64,000 nt of DNA, from positions 3,162,001 through 3,226,000 of the forward strand of contig CM120647.1 of the NCBI GenBank assembly GCA_051362555.1, given 5' to 3'. Shown one piece after another: positions 13,197-26,457 of this stretch. The notes beneath the pieces were generated by a model. That model was not told the origin of the DNA and did not search any database. It worked only from the letters and a program-made list of their open reading frames with translations. A program made the translations under genes and the position numbers. The stretch comes from Lingula anatina. Lineage: Eukaryota > Animalia > Brachiopoda. Positions within the stretch are counted from its first letter, which is position 1. The number at the start of each line of letters is the position of its first letter.

Positions 13197-15957
13197 CCCA
13201 GACAGCCTCAGTGATCTGGCCCACGTCTGGCCCAGATCTGGCAACGTCTGGCAATGTCTGGCAAAAGGTATGGCCCACGTATGGCTTGCCACATGTGGGC
13301 CAGATGTGGCAATGTTTGGGCCAGATCTGGCCCAGACATTGCCACATCTGGCCCAGTCCACATTTGCTCATATGGCCAGATGTCGGCCCAGATCTGGCAA
13401 TATCTGGCAAATGTATGGCATGCCAGATGTGGGCCAGATGTGGGCCAGATCATATTCAAATGGGCCAGATTAGGGCCAGACATGGACCACATATGGCCCA
13501 GAATATTTTTTTTTTCTTTTTTTTAATTATTTTTAATTATTCAATAAGATTACTATAAAAAAGACATACAAGATTCAAGATTCAAGTATTTATTCTGTGC
13601 TAAAACCCTAAACAAAATTATTACACATTATATAACCTTGCTGGCAACTAACATGTAACAAATTAAGGGTCACTCCTTGTCTTTTTGTACAAAACAATGT
13701 ATATTTGAAAAAAAAAAAAATCTACACTGCAAAAAGGTAAATATACAGACACTTAACAGGAGGAAATGTCACTTACATACATGTAAAGAAAACAGTTATA
13801 ACAACAATTTTTTTTCAACACAAAGCTGCTCATCGAATCTGAATTAACACAAATTACAAAAATTGTAATTAATTATGCATGTACATGGGGGAGGGGTTTG
13901 AGGGGGAAATATTTTTGCACACATTGTCATTTTTAAACTAATTCAAACATATCATTAATAATAATAATCACTAATGAATGTAGTTTTGTAATGAATAAAT
14001 CTTGAATAATGAATGAAAAAACATTGTTTTTTTAGTGATGGTGAGTTATAACAAAATTATAAATAACTATGCAGTAACTGTAATTCAACTTGCATGCTGG
14101 CTACAGTACTGTACATACATGTAAATTCTGAAAAAAAAAAATATGTATACTCCAGCACAGATATAGATGTACAATTAAAAGAGAATTACATGTGCACAAA
14201 AACAAACCCCAGTATCAATGCTTTTGAATTAAATCACATCATGAATCAAATCACTCAATGAATTGAACCAGTTTGCAATGTTTGCGCTTTTTTCAAATCC
14301 ATAACACTAAGAAATGATACATCCGGCTCCTTGACAAGCTTATAATTATTAATGGAATCAACAATATGGAACAAGTAACTCTACCAAGTTAACAACAGTT
14401 CATTCAAATGTCAAGTCAAAACACAACATCCCTTCCTTTCTTGGACAGAAACGGTCCTTTCAAAACATGTTTATCGACAGTTCAGTCTTTAAAATGTCCT
14501 TTCAAACATTTGCAGAATAGCATATGAACTCCAACTTTTATTCCTTAAACCACACTGAAAATTCTCAAAACTTATCAACTCATATCAAATCCCATGTCCT
14601 TTCACTACTACTGGTCTCTTCCTTTACGTCACATTCAAATGTTCCCTTCACTTTTAAAGGTTTCTCAGACGTGTATGAATAATACTGTTTGTTTTCTAGT
14701 CCTCCACAAGAGCTACATTTATTTTTCTTGGATTTCAGCATTCTCCATGTATTTTCATCAATGATATTACAATAATATTGAATATGCACCTGAATCTGGT
14801 AATACACTGAGATTAACACCGCCTCTATTTCCTCCATGTCTTCTGTGTATATTGCATTGGTTCCCACACCAAATGTATATGCACTCCTGGATTATCATGT
14901 TCAAAGCTGTCATTTACATGAATAATAGTTTCAGTTTTGCAGACTTTTGCAAAGTGATCCAACGTTCCATGTTTTCTCAGTCAGGGCGTTTCTACTTCGT
15001 TTTTCATGTCTAAACTCGTAATGTTTAGACTGGCTTGGTTTGTCAAATGACTTCGGTTTCATCATACTCACAGTTTCTGGTGTTCCAATTTCATTCAAAG
15101 CGTTAACTGTCTAATGTATATTCATGTTTCTAACCTGTGTTTGGGAGAGTCCTGAAAATATCTTGTACACCTGTTATGTTGAATGCAACATAAGCGCGCG
15201 TCTCCTCTGTCATGTATTTTTAATTTTCTATCTTTGTTCATTATTCATGCCGTCCGTTGGTTTTGAAAAGATCAATCTTTTCCGTCAGCGAAGAGGTTAA
15301 AACTGTCTAGCCAACGCGTCGAGCGTGACCCTAATGTCTCCGGACTTCTGTACGGTTCGAATTCCGTAATTTCACATTTTTCCTCCATTTTTTCAAAGAA
15401 AGTTGGCTCACAGTTTTGCACTAGTGTTAATCCTCGTCGCCATTGTTGATGCCTTCGAAATAAATCGCACCACGAATCAAATCACTCAACGAATTGTATC
15501 AGTTTGATACGCTTGTGCTTTTTTCATATCCATAACTCTAAGAAACGCTACATCCGGGTCCTTGACCGGCTTAGCATAAAAAGCGGAATCTCACAACAGC
15601 GGAACGAGTAGTTCAAAAAAGTTTTAGAACAGTGAATTCATTCAAATGTCAAGTCAAATTAAACAAATAGCACACTTATGAGGGGACTTTGAAGAAAAGA
15701 GAGAGAGATAAATTAAATCAAAATTTATCAAATGACGTCAGTTCAATGCATTCAGCTCACTGGTCAATAAAAAATAAATAAATAGAAAATAAAAATTGAA
15801 AATGAAAGTACCATATCTGGCCCAAGTCTGGGCAGCATCTGGCAAAATGTGGCATAAATGCCAGACTTTGCCAGACTTGGCCCAGATCTGGCAAGTGTCT
15901 GGCAAAATGTGGCATAAATGCCAGACTTTGCCAGACTTGGCCCAGATCTGGCAAGTG
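13197..15957. mobile_element. DNA transposon remnant with palindromic GGCCCAGATCTGGC subterminal arrays at both ends (EnSpm/CACTA-like)
   Basis: Left terminus CCCAGACAGC at 13197; arrays at 13212-13500 and 15811-15957; internal ~180-bp duplication 14240-14420 / 15470-15660. Right terminus not found. Confidence 0.55.
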
Positions 15958-16474
15958 ACAGGTGAGATGACAGGTTAGAGTTATCGTTTGAGTCTGAATT
16001 GAGGTCAGCTTCTGAAGAGCGGAACCTTTTACTGTACCGGTCCATTTTAAGAGACAATTCAATGGCTTGGAATGTACGTAAGAGTGTTACCTAAAGGGAC
16101 ACCCTCCCTCCTCTCTCTTGGGTGATATACTGTAAATTAGTAGCTTTAAAGCGGGAAGCAAAGTTCAGAAGAACTTGCAAAAAGTAGTAAAAGCCTCTTC
16201 AGAGTACTTACGTGTTATAAGACCTCACAAAGAGTTCCAGTTTTAACTTAAAAAATGTACCTCTCAGTGCGAATAAAGTTGTCTGACATTACGAATGTAT
16301 TGATATTTTAAAGGTGTATCAACTGCAGAAGCGTGTCAACAACTCATCAGAATTTGGTGCAATTATATATGTGCAGGCGGATTGTTTTTAACTTCTCCTG
16401 ACTGGGTAGGGGTAATGGAGTATGGGTCGCTCAACGAAGCTAAATGTTTACCTGAGGAGATTTTAGTCTTGCAG

Positions 16475-16862
16475 TACTACCAGAGCGGATGAATGTTAGT
16501 GCTAGATATCGTTTTGTTGGTGCTAAATAAGTGTGTGGTGTGTTGGTTAATTTGACAATTTTGTGGTTAAATATGAGCGTTATAACTATAGTGCTGAAAG
16601 ATCTGCGGCTAGTGTCAGTAAACGCCTAATCCGTTTACAAGGCCTGGAAGTCCCGAACAAAATTTTATTGAAACTGCTGCCATAAATAATAGATTTGATA
16701 AGTCAACTTAAATTTCTTAATCCTTATCTTCCCAGAGCAATTTCGTGGACATGTTATTAGAAAAAAACAAAAAAAAAAAACGTCAAATGTTCTTATTCAT
16801 CTTGGGCATCAGATAATATTAGAGCTGAAACATCTGTCCGGGTATCATGACACCCTGCGGAC

Positions 16863-16920
<58 letters not shown>

Positions 16921-17278
16921 TAATGAACATAATATTGAGAGTGAAGATGTGATATTGAGAAAAATTATAAATGCCTTCTTTTCATAAAACTCTATCTCCA
17001 GGCAGAGGTGGGTAAACAGAATCATACTCATTCAGGTATCTCTTTGATGAAATTACTGTAAGTTTTAATTTATTTACCACTGCCCCAGACAGAAATGAAT
17101 AAGCTTCGGAACTTATCTTCTTTTTTTAGTATTTCATTATAATTTGCTTAACCTGTTATACAGAAACCTCACTAACATCAAACGAAATGCAGATAAAATG
17201 TTTGTTTGCTTTCAGGAAAAAATAGAGAAATTGACAGTATTACTTTGATTAAAAATGACATGTAATGGCAAATGACCA
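16475..17278 (+). repeat. Segmental duplication, copy 1 (paralog 50281-51023)
   Basis: Colinear similarity from ACTACCAGAGCGGATGAATGTTAGTGCTA to ATGACATGTAATGGCAAATGACCAA, including the same MULE-like insertion junction. Confidence 0.9.
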
Positions 17279-17607
17279 AATTTACTTAAATAAATGTTAT
17301 TAAGGTTGCCTCTCAGGCCTGTTTATGAGCGTTAACAACTTCCTGATTCTTGTTATTTATAATTATTGCCAATGCTTTTGTTTTTATTTCATTTTCTATT
17401 TTCCTAAAGTCAGTAAAACATTCAAGAAATGTATAAATGAAATACATGTATAATACAGATAAATCAAAACCAGAGTGTTTTCTTTTCTGGGAAGATGGGG
17501 GTGTCTTGGGGGAATTGTTCAGGGGGATTACCTTGGGGGGGGGGTCGTCTTGGGGGGGGGGGGGGGTTGTCCAGGGGGAATTGTCCGGGGAGGGGAGTCC
17601 TAGAATC
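16841..17607 (+). mobile_element. MULE-like non-autonomous element with GGGGGAATTGTCC subterminal repeats
   Basis: Termini GGTATCATGAC...GTCCTAGAATC; 9-bp flanks ATCTGTCCG / ATGTATCCA (ATCTATCCA in the 50.6-kb paralog) consistent with a decayed 9-bp TSD. Confidence 0.6.
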
Positions 17608-18020
17608 ATGTATCCAGTCAAAATTGACCCACTGCCATCACTGAAGAGTCAAGTCCTGATGTGTAGACTGTGTATTGACCCCCACCCACATTTCTCGACC
17701 CACTACCCAGTAATACCACCCTGGTAGTCGTACACTTTTCTACAAGTGTGTGCAAACATTTCATCTATTTCAAATAAGTTGCAAATACAAATTTCATGAA
17801 AAGTAACAATCTGCAGATTCATTTAAATTACACAGCTCGTTCTCCTGCTACTTACAGATGCCTGTAATGAGTTTCAGGACGCTCTCAGTAACATATGATC
17901 AATGTATTCTATGTAAGCTTTTTTAAAGATGTATGTCTCGAAATAGAATTATTTTTTTAATTTAGACTTAAGAAATAAGCATTATAATGTACAATACAAT
18001 ACAAATCACTTCTCACATAT

Positions 18021-18986
18021 CATGGGCGTAACTAGGCATACGCACGGATGCACTGTGCGTACAATTTCTCGGCCAACCATGATATTATTTTATTTAAATT
18101 TAGTGTATTTTTCACGGAATTTATATCGAAAATCCTCTGCGAATTAAAGTCACCTGTATGTACAAATCCTCTGTATACGCACAATTGTTCTGACCCCCCG
18201 TCTTGCATACTTTTATTCAATTGAGATAAACAATGCCTGTTACCTTTACAAGTCCTATCTTAATCGTCCAACTAACTGGAACATCCTTTACCTCTTAATT
18301 GGAGGGTTAAGTGGCCTTCAACTCTTCTGTTGTCATGAGAGTAACGAACGCACTATCGCTGACGATATTTATCTCAGGTAAAATCTACCTGTGTGTTATT
18401 TTCAAAGAGCAGCTCCCGTAGACCTGGGGGCACTAGATAAAATCTGGACACCAGGTTTAATAAGGAGCTACAGAAACAAAGGAATAATTTTTCCTGCAAA
18501 GCTTCAAAGAATTTCACACGGACTTGATCCAGCTTAGCCCTCCAAACTAACAGGATGGCATGGGCAATTTTCACAAATAAATAATTAAACTTAGATGTAT
18601 CAGAGCTCTATTGTGTCATATAATTGGTTGTTTTTGGGAGCCATGCACCCGCATGAAAGCTGGATGAAACCGCATATAAGTTCAACTCAGAGGAGGATCC
18701 AGGATTATTCGAAGAGGGGAGGGGGGTCCGCTGATGCGAAGTTAGCCTCCTTTTAAATGAATATACCGTTCTGGGTAAATAAAAGTATTGAAACTTTATT
18801 AAATCGCGAGTACATTTTTGACTTAAATGATGATTTTATCATAAATGGAAATTAAGCTACGATGTGTGGTACATATGCTGTGATTACGCTGTCCTTCATC
18901 TGTTGCGTTAGTCTACATTTTGCTGTACATGCTGGGTATTTAAAAAATCTGTGCGTACAATTTTTAAAGGTCTGGTTACGCCCCTG
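18021..18986. mobile_element. hAT-like MITE, 5-bp TSD CATAT
   Basis: TIR CATGGGCGTAACTAG / CTGGTTACGCCCCTG; CATAT on both sides; subterminal CTGTGCGTACAATTT repeated. Confidence 0.75.
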
Positions 18987-19995
18987 CATATACATTTCTC
19001 AAAAACATACGCATACATACATATCCATATACCCTACCATGCCACTTTACTGCGTGCTACGAGTAACTACTGTATAAAATAAATACATATAAAGACAATC
19101 AAATAAATATTTTTCAGAAAACATTCGATGTCCCTGAATTACGGATGCCCTCCATTTTTTGATTTTCTGTAAATGTATTATTTTACCTGAGAAATTAGTA
19201 GATTTATTTTCTAATCATCATTTCCAAGAATAATATCCGAACATTGGCTCCCTCTCGTTCACTAGATCCAGTTTTCGAGTTGTTTCCGCGAGTTTTTCAC
19301 AGCATCAAAGTTAACGATATTATCTTTTATTTTCAAGAATTTAAAGTATCGGACTTCACTTGATTTGACTGACGTAAAGGTCACTACATTGTAAATAAAA
19401 TTTAGTTTTGGGGTAATTTAAAAAGTTAAGTGGAATCATGTGAAAATTACCCAGAGGAAAGGCGTGGTCTCGTGTAAAATCATGAATAAATAGAGCAGCG
19501 AGTTTCCAGGCGGGAGTTTCAAGATTATTATAATTTATTCACATTGCTTGAGACGTTACAACGTTTAACGAGCGTGATTGATATCAATTTGAAACTATCG
19601 TGATGGGCGTCAACTTATCAATATTTTAAGCCAACGATACGCGCACAATCGTTGTTTAAGGTTTCTCTCTGACCATAGGTGCGCTAGAAGTCTGTTACAA
19701 AATTGTTGAAAGGGACTGTATACTATTGTATATTATTTTAGAGGTCCTGATATCACAGGGCGGGTTAACGTTAATATACAATGTAGTGAAACGTAGAATT
19801 CTGACGTAAGGGGATATCTAAAATGGGAGTATGATAAAAGCTAAGCAATAAATTCAACTTTTTCCATCATTATTCAAGGACTTGCATTTCGTCTGAAATC
19901 AGTTCAATCTTTCTCCACACCAGAGGTGTATCGTGGTCCCGGTCCGTCACGTGAAGATACTAGGCCACTGCTTTCATAAACTACGCTACTTATAA

Positions 19996-20326
19996 AAGGA
20001 TAATAACTCTTCGTTTTTGCCAAAAAAATGAATTTTCCTGGAGTTAACAATTTTCCCGTACTTACCAGAGGTTAATGAATCCATTTTTACATTCACAGTT
20101 AGTCCCTGTTTTTTTTTCTAAAAAGTTTTTTGTTAAAATCTCTTAAGAGATAATAACAGAGTATAGCCATCAGTGGAGGTCACGTGATCTGAAGACAATC
20201 TCAGATATCAGAATAATAGCTATAACTGCTGTTTTTGTCGTAAAACAGAATATATTATATTTCTATGAGTAGTTCACAATGTTTTTATTGTGAAATATAG
20301 ATCTCATATGAAGAGTTTTTATCCCT
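19996..20326 (+). mobile_element. Kolobok-like MITE (TTAA target)
   Basis: TIR AAGGATAATAACTCTTC / GAAGAGTTTTTATCCCT followed by TTAA; homologous to 24414-24747. Confidence 0.75.
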
Positions 20327-21177
20327 TTAACCCAGAAAACGAACGGAATGTGTTAGGTGTGATTTAGGTAGAGCAACCAAATATGTTAGAATTTGTTTTC
20401 ACCAATTTATTCAGATGTTATGCGGAACAAATGCTTTATAAAAAGTAATATCTGAAAACAGTTTTAATTCAACTAGAACATATATGAAAGCCGTTCAGAA
20501 CGCCCCTCCGTGAATAGATAAATATAATTCTTTTAAACCTACACAACAGCTTAAAATGTAATTTATATATTATTATTATACTGCCATACAATGTACACAT
20601 TCTAGGTAAACCAATAATCCATATTTCAAACAACATTACGTCTTCAGCTTCACAAAAATAAAGGAAATTTATGTTCTTAATTATTAACATCAACACAGAT
20701 TTAAAACAATGTAATTGATAGAAAATTAGACATTCATACAAAGTTTAATCAAATCAAACCAATTCAATGTGGTGTTCACAACTTAAGCCTCACAAAAACA
20801 ATTTCATCAAATCATTATAATATTGCTCATAAGCAAACAGAATGGAAATTTTATCACTTGGTTGTCTCAGTTTGTGGGTCAAAGTTTAAACAGACAAAAC
20901 AGCCCCACACATTTTGATATTTAGTTTTGGAAGAAAAGGCAGAAAACAAAAGCAAGATTTACATCAGTCTCTTGTGATAACACATGAATCATCCAATGGG
21001 ACTATCATAAAAGTTGAAAAAAGAATGAAAATATATTAATACTAAATATCAGTGTTGCCTGATATAAAACTGATCTAACACCAGAAAGATTTGGAACTTG
21101 ATGTGCTACACTCTAATTATTTCTCTGATCCAAATTACTGCCCAGTTTTAAGTCACTTGAGAAGAAAAACATGTCTC

Positions 21178-21439
21178 AGGCCCTATTCCCGTACCTAGAT
21201 CGATCTAGCAGGATCGACCCATCTCCAAAAGGTTTTTCACTAAAGTACATTCAGCTTAAGTGGCTCTGATGTCTGGCACGCCTACTGTAGCTGTAAGAGG
21301 GTAATTAACTATCATTTAACAGCTTCAGTAGGTGTGCCAGACATCTAAGCTGCTTAATCAGAATGTAATTTAATGAGAATCCGGAGAATACGGGGAGGGG
21401 TCGATCCTGCTAGATTGATCTAGGTATGGGAAAGGGTCT
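21178..21439. mobile_element. Harbinger/Tourist-like palindromic MITE
   Basis: ~40-bp TIR AGGCCCTATTCCCGTACCTAGATCGATCTAGCAGGATCGACCC and its reverse complement; related to 23052-23270, 40633-40846 and a fragment at 7026-7150. Confidence 0.75.
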
Positions 21440-21752
21440 AAGTTAATCGACGGGTCAAGATTTGTATTTGATGAACTGAACCAGATTTGTCCTTGCTGTC
21501 ACACTGATAGGAATGTGGGCCCCCAAGCTGCTTTTCTGTTGATGAATCTGGAAAATTTTCACAATATTCCTTCAAAAGATATCCATTGCTTTAATTGATC
21601 AATATGCCTTTAAATAAAGATATTATTACAATGTAAAAAAATATTAAATACCCAACTGCAGGAATCATTTTAGTAAGCAAATGTGACATTTTTTATGTTG
21701 TCCACTATGCAGATGATAGAACTGCTGCTGATATAGGTCTATATTTGTTTTG

Positions 21753-21765
21753 ATAAATAAACAAA

Positions 21766-21812
<47 letters not shown>

Positions 21813-21813
21813 A
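21753..21813. repeat. (TAAA)n microsatellite
   Basis: Direct reading. Confidence 0.95.
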
Positions 21814-23051
21814 ACCACAGGGAGCAGTTTTACCTCAGCTGTCAGCTGTGGCACCATATGGTCTGGAGTTTGTCTGTCACCCTGATCTCCATGACAACAG
21901 GTCCAGATGATCAACGATGGCGTCCAGAGGCTTAGTAACCACCCATAATTACAAGAAATGTGCCAAAAATCTGAAGTGAAAAATCAACTAAATAACAAAT
22001 CTGACATTGATCATAGATTTGCAAGAACTCTTACTGAGTGCAAACAGCTGAAGTGAATGACATGCCTCAACATACTTGCATAATCAGAAGCTATTTTGTA
22101 TTCTATTCAATGCCTGCAGAGGCATGTCATTCAATTAAGCTGATTGCACTTTGCGAGAGTCCAGTCACAGAGTTGGATCACTCTAAGTAGACCTATGGTG
22201 TCTGTGAGAATAAGCCCAGAGAGAGAATATAAAGACACAAATATAGTGCCTGTATATAAACACACATTAAACACATATCTTCTATGCTGTTAGTATGGAG
22301 CAGATTCAGTGGCATCTATAGGCCACAGAGGTGACACAAGAATTGTAAAATTCTTTTAAAAAATCAGATATTTTCACCTCAACAGGTATGGTCAGTCTAT
22401 AATAGTAGTAAAATGTGTTTTTCATTGTTTCAATTATTTTTGTTTGGTTTGGTTTTTCTGGCCAGCCATCAATACTACTGTGTCTGTACTCTTTCAATAT
22501 TTTAATCTATCAACTGAACACAACCATTCATTAACACTGGCAGTATGAGTAAACCATCATCATATTTATATAAAACCCAAATAGGTTATATAATACTGAT
22601 TCATATAATATTAATTCACGTTATAGAATAAAATGATATCTATTAGTACATCAACCTTTAGACATAGCAAATATTAAGACTTTTTTGAAAATTTTGAAAA
22701 TACTGTTTATTTCAGAGCCTGAAATATTTTGTCTATTTTCCCTAAAGAAAATTGTACCTGTTAAAAAAATATTTTTCAGGGTGATGTGACTTTCATTTCT
22801 ACAATTGGAACTCCTGGCATGTTTATCTTGGAGATGGTCAGCGCTACACTATATTAGTTTTGGCTCATATAATAATCAAACGTAAAGTGCACATGATGTA
22901 ATCAGAAACTCTGCAAAAACTCATCCCATTGAGTTCCTGTTTACTCTGTGCCTCAGCAACCAGGAGGTTGCACTCTTTCATCCAAAAGAAGGCTATAGAT
23001 GAACATTATCAGTATCAGAGGTTTTTTTAGGTAATTTTCTTGATATTGACT

Positions 23052-23270
23052 AAGACCCCATTCCCAGAGATTAGATCCATCCAAACTAGATCAACTTAAC
23101 TCCCTGGGGGTTCATGCTACATGGCTGTCAGCCGAGCGGTCACCATAGTTAATTACCCCCTTACAGTTTGTAGTAGGCGGGACAGACATTTAAGCCGGAT
23201 TATCTGACAATAATCTAGTGAGACTCCCCACGGGGATAGATCGATCTAAAATCTCTGGGAATACACTCTT
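23052..23270. mobile_element. Harbinger/Tourist-like MITE
   Basis: TIR ...ATTCCCAGAGATTAGATC / GATCTAAAATCTCTGGGAAT; internal homology to 40633-40846. Confidence 0.7.
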
Positions 23271-23619
23271 ATACAGTACAAATGGCAATGACGCTAGACA
23301 GCTGTTAATAGTAAATGTAAACCGGCAGTGTGTGCATGTATACATAAAAAAATCATAAAATTCTTGAAAGAAAAATCAGAACCAAATAAGTAAAATGTAC
23401 GTGACTGATTTATGGCTTCAGTCAGTTTGAGATACATGTATGTTTACAGTTATCCAAACTCAACTTTGATTTTTAAAAAAGTGTTCTACCCTACCCTTTA
23501 AAAAAAAGACATGCATGTAATTTTTATACCCCCCCAAAAGTTGTTAAGTATTATAATATTATAATATAATAATGAACAACTGAGGATTAGTTATGCCTGA
23601 CCACATATAATGTTTTATC

Positions 23620-24352
23620 TTTTATGTACTCTGTGTGAGGTAAAACGTTGTGAACTTTTTGTTGTGATTTTTAGGAGTGAAAATTCAGAACGTCTCTCTG
23701 GTGGCTGGTTTGAAACTTTGTGAGGTCTGTCTCAGTAGTTTTCCGAAAAGATGCCTTAATAACTTATAAACAACAGATTGAGTGAATGCAACGTACCAAA
23801 AAACTTTCAAAAACACCACCATCTGCACTGAAGAAAAAAAACTGTGGTAGAAAATTTACTAAGTTCTGTTGAAAAGTTGAAAAGGTTAAAGTTAAGCAAA
23901 AATACTGTTGAAAACGCATCTTCCACCAAAGAATCTAAAGCTCGTAGATGTTTGATGTCAGTCATCAATGAACCTGAAGATAAAACTTTACCTTCTACAT
24001 GCTTATATATATATAATTACCAGACCATGGTTACACTAGATCCCAAGGAGGGGTTGAAAGTGCATGTAATTATGGTGATTTTAAGGTTCAACTGGATCAC
24101 GACTACATGTCGACCACTGAGGAATCAGAGACGAAAAACAGTGATGAGCTTTTGAGTTCCATATCTGCTTTTCATTCTTATGCATTATCTGATGAACTTC
24201 TGAAGCTGGACACACAATTGAAAAAACTGTGTCACACTGGGGCTAGTGTATCATGGCAACGAAACCCAGAAGTTTTGATGAATGATAATCATAATGAGTT
24301 GGAGTGTAACTGTCCTTTTCTGTTGCATGTGTTGGCTACCTGTCTGTCTTAA
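23620..24352 (+). pseudogene. Possible N-terminal part of an Academ-type transposase, degenerate, convergent with the helicase
   Basis: Cys-rich start, then ...LDTQLKKLCHTGASVSWQRNPEVLMNDNHNELECNCPFLLHVLATCLS, which resembles by eye the LC...S.L....L......EL...P.LL.VL block upstream of Academ catalytic domains. Catalytic domain not present. Confidence 0.4.
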
Positions 24353-24413
24353 AAAAAGTGAATTTTAAATTATTTTTACATCAATCTGACTTGAAAAAAA
24401 TGCATTTAATTAA

Positions 24414-24747
24414 AGGGATAATAAATCTTCGTTTTGGCCAAAAAATGAATTTTCCTGGAGTACACAACAATTTTCCCATACTTACTTGGTTAATGAATCC
24501 ATTTTTACATTCAAAGTTAGTCCTTGTTTTTTTATCTAAAAAGTTTGGTTTTTTGTTCAAATCTCTTAAGAGATTATAACAGAGTATAGCTGTCAATGGA
24601 AGTCACATGGTCTGAAGACCAACTCAGATATCAGAATAATAGCTATAACTGCCGTTTTTGTGGTAAAACAATATATTATATTTCTGTGAGTTATTCACAA
24701 TGTTTATATTGTGAAATATAAATCTCATAAGAAGAGTTATTATCCCT
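24414..24747 (+). mobile_element. Kolobok-like MITE with TTAA TSD
   Basis: TTAA-AGGGATAATAAATCTTC ... GAAGAGTTATTATCCCT-TTAA. Confidence 0.85.
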
Positions 24748-25076
24748 TTAATATCTATGTAAATTAGATGCCTTTTATTTTTTCTAACAAAGTCTTGCAC
24801 CCAATTTTTTAGACTACATATGTACATTCACATTCTCTGTAAAAGCTGTTGTAGTAAATTTTAGATTGCTGTTATAAACACTATAAACATTAGTCAAGGC
24901 AGGGCCACTAAGCAATTTGCCCACTTGCCAACCAACAACTTGTGTTTTGAAGCTTAGGGAAGGAATCGAACCTTCTACCTTGACAAATGTTTTAGTATAT
25001 ATGATTGAATCTAAATTTTGATTATTCAGTCAAATAAAAAATATTGTTTCTGGAAACATGCCAAAATTTTTTTTGG

Positions 25077-25078
<2 letters not shown>

Positions 25079-25136
<58 letters not shown>
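25079..25136. repeat. (AT)n microsatellite
   Basis: Direct reading. Confidence 0.95.
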
Positions 25137-25139
<3 letters not shown>

Positions 25140-25359
25140 TAAACAAACAAAACATGTGTACTATAAAACACTTGGATAGGCACTTTTTTTTTTACAGCAT
25201 CTGACACATGCATTTTAATGGCTGTGCTATTAAAAAATTACTAGTTTTAAAATACGACTTTCAAAGTTTGGAATAAAAAGAAGGGTCAATGGGTAAAATT
25301 AGAGTTCGTCGGACTACCGGAAATGCATATTTTTTGTAACTTTACTTATATTTGCTTAC

Positions 25360-26329
25360 CATTCTGAAATGATGTGAACCTCATCTACAGCAACGGTACA
25401 GACTCTTTCTTGGTATAATTTACTTTTGAGTCCTTCTTTCCACAATAGTCTCAGGATGTGCATATATCAAACAAAATTTACCATTCTTTACATCTTGTAA
25501 TAGGGCACATGAAATTAAGAGATTGTCAACTCTTTCGGAGTCACCATCTTTAAAACTGTAATTGGATTGCTTTTAGGTGAACTTCTAGTAAATATGAGAG
25601 GCTTACAAGTTTTTTTCTTCAATTCTTTTAATGTGCTTTACAACTATTCCTTAGTCAAGTTTATGATTATTGACCAATATTGCGACATAATTTTAAGGTA
25701 AAAATGAGGAAAATGTGTTTTAAATACCCAATGAAATATGAAGACAGCCAGATATACATTTCCAGCCTTGTACTAACATGAACCTTTAATATATATATAG
25801 TACGTTAGTAGATACGTCCCTGTTAGTACAAGGCTTTTTTTTATCCTATATATACTGTATTTTCATGTTAACTATAAATAAATAAATATTTTAATCTATA
25901 AAAGTCTTCTTGCAAATTGTTTAGACGTTTTATAACTAAGAAATATATATATATAAATTTGAACTCTTGTTGATTTTTATTCAGAAGACCTCAAAACGCA
26001 CATACCTTTGACACCCATTCCTTCAATATTCATAAAACAAGCAGGTATACCATGCTTCAATAAAGATTAGACTTGATCCTGCATAATCGAATTTAACGGC
26101 ATAACTATTAAACAAAGCATTTGTTGCTGTCGTCCAAGTTTCCTCTGGAATAGGAAGGGAAGGAAATGGAAAATTATACTTTTACCAAAGCCCGTGGGTA
26201 AAACTGCCAAAGTATCATATCCGTCGTACAAAGATTTCAATGTTTGGATCTGCTATGAGTACATTATTTAGAAAATTGCAAAGCTTCATAAAAATCAGGG
26301 GTAATGGAAAAGTCACTATTGGCAGCCAT
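25360..26329 (-). pseudogene. RecQ-like SF2 helicase of an AcademH transposon; two exons (26329-26006, 25555-25360), with stops and a frameshift
   Basis: Exon 1: QIQTLKSLYDGYDTLAVLPTGFGKSIIFHFLPFLFQRKLGRQQQMLCLIVMPLNSIMQDQV*SLLKHGIPACFM (Walker A PTGFGKS, motif Ia) ending AAG|gtatgt. Exon 2: DVKNGKFCLIYAHPE.../LKSKLYQERVCTVAVDEVHIISEW|gtaag (motif II DEVH). Confidence 0.9.
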
Positions 26330-26384
26330 CTTTATGAGCGGAACACTTGAGTGAAAAGGCAGTTCCAACAGAAAAATGTATCGA

Positions 26385-26457
26385 TTTGACGCATATTCCT
26401 ACACCTATCACGTCCGAGGTTTGTATAGAGCTTGCGGAGTCAGTCGAGGATTGCCAA
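26385..26457 (-). mobile_element. Terminus (TIR) of the helicase-bearing AcademH element
   Basis: rc reads TTGGCAATCCTCGACTGACTCCGCAAGCTCTATACAAACCTCGGACGTGATAGG, homologous to the left end of the 26697-27065 element. Confidence 0.8.

Noticed and set aside
13027-13558. Six overlapping ORFs
   Set aside because: Artefact of palindromic GC-rich subterminal repeats lacking stop codons
16864-16919. Long poly-C (also poly-G at 52235-52287 and 39039-39063) as functional G-quadruplex elements
   Set aside because: Simple homopolymer expansions, mostly inside MITEs; lengths may be sequencing-inflated
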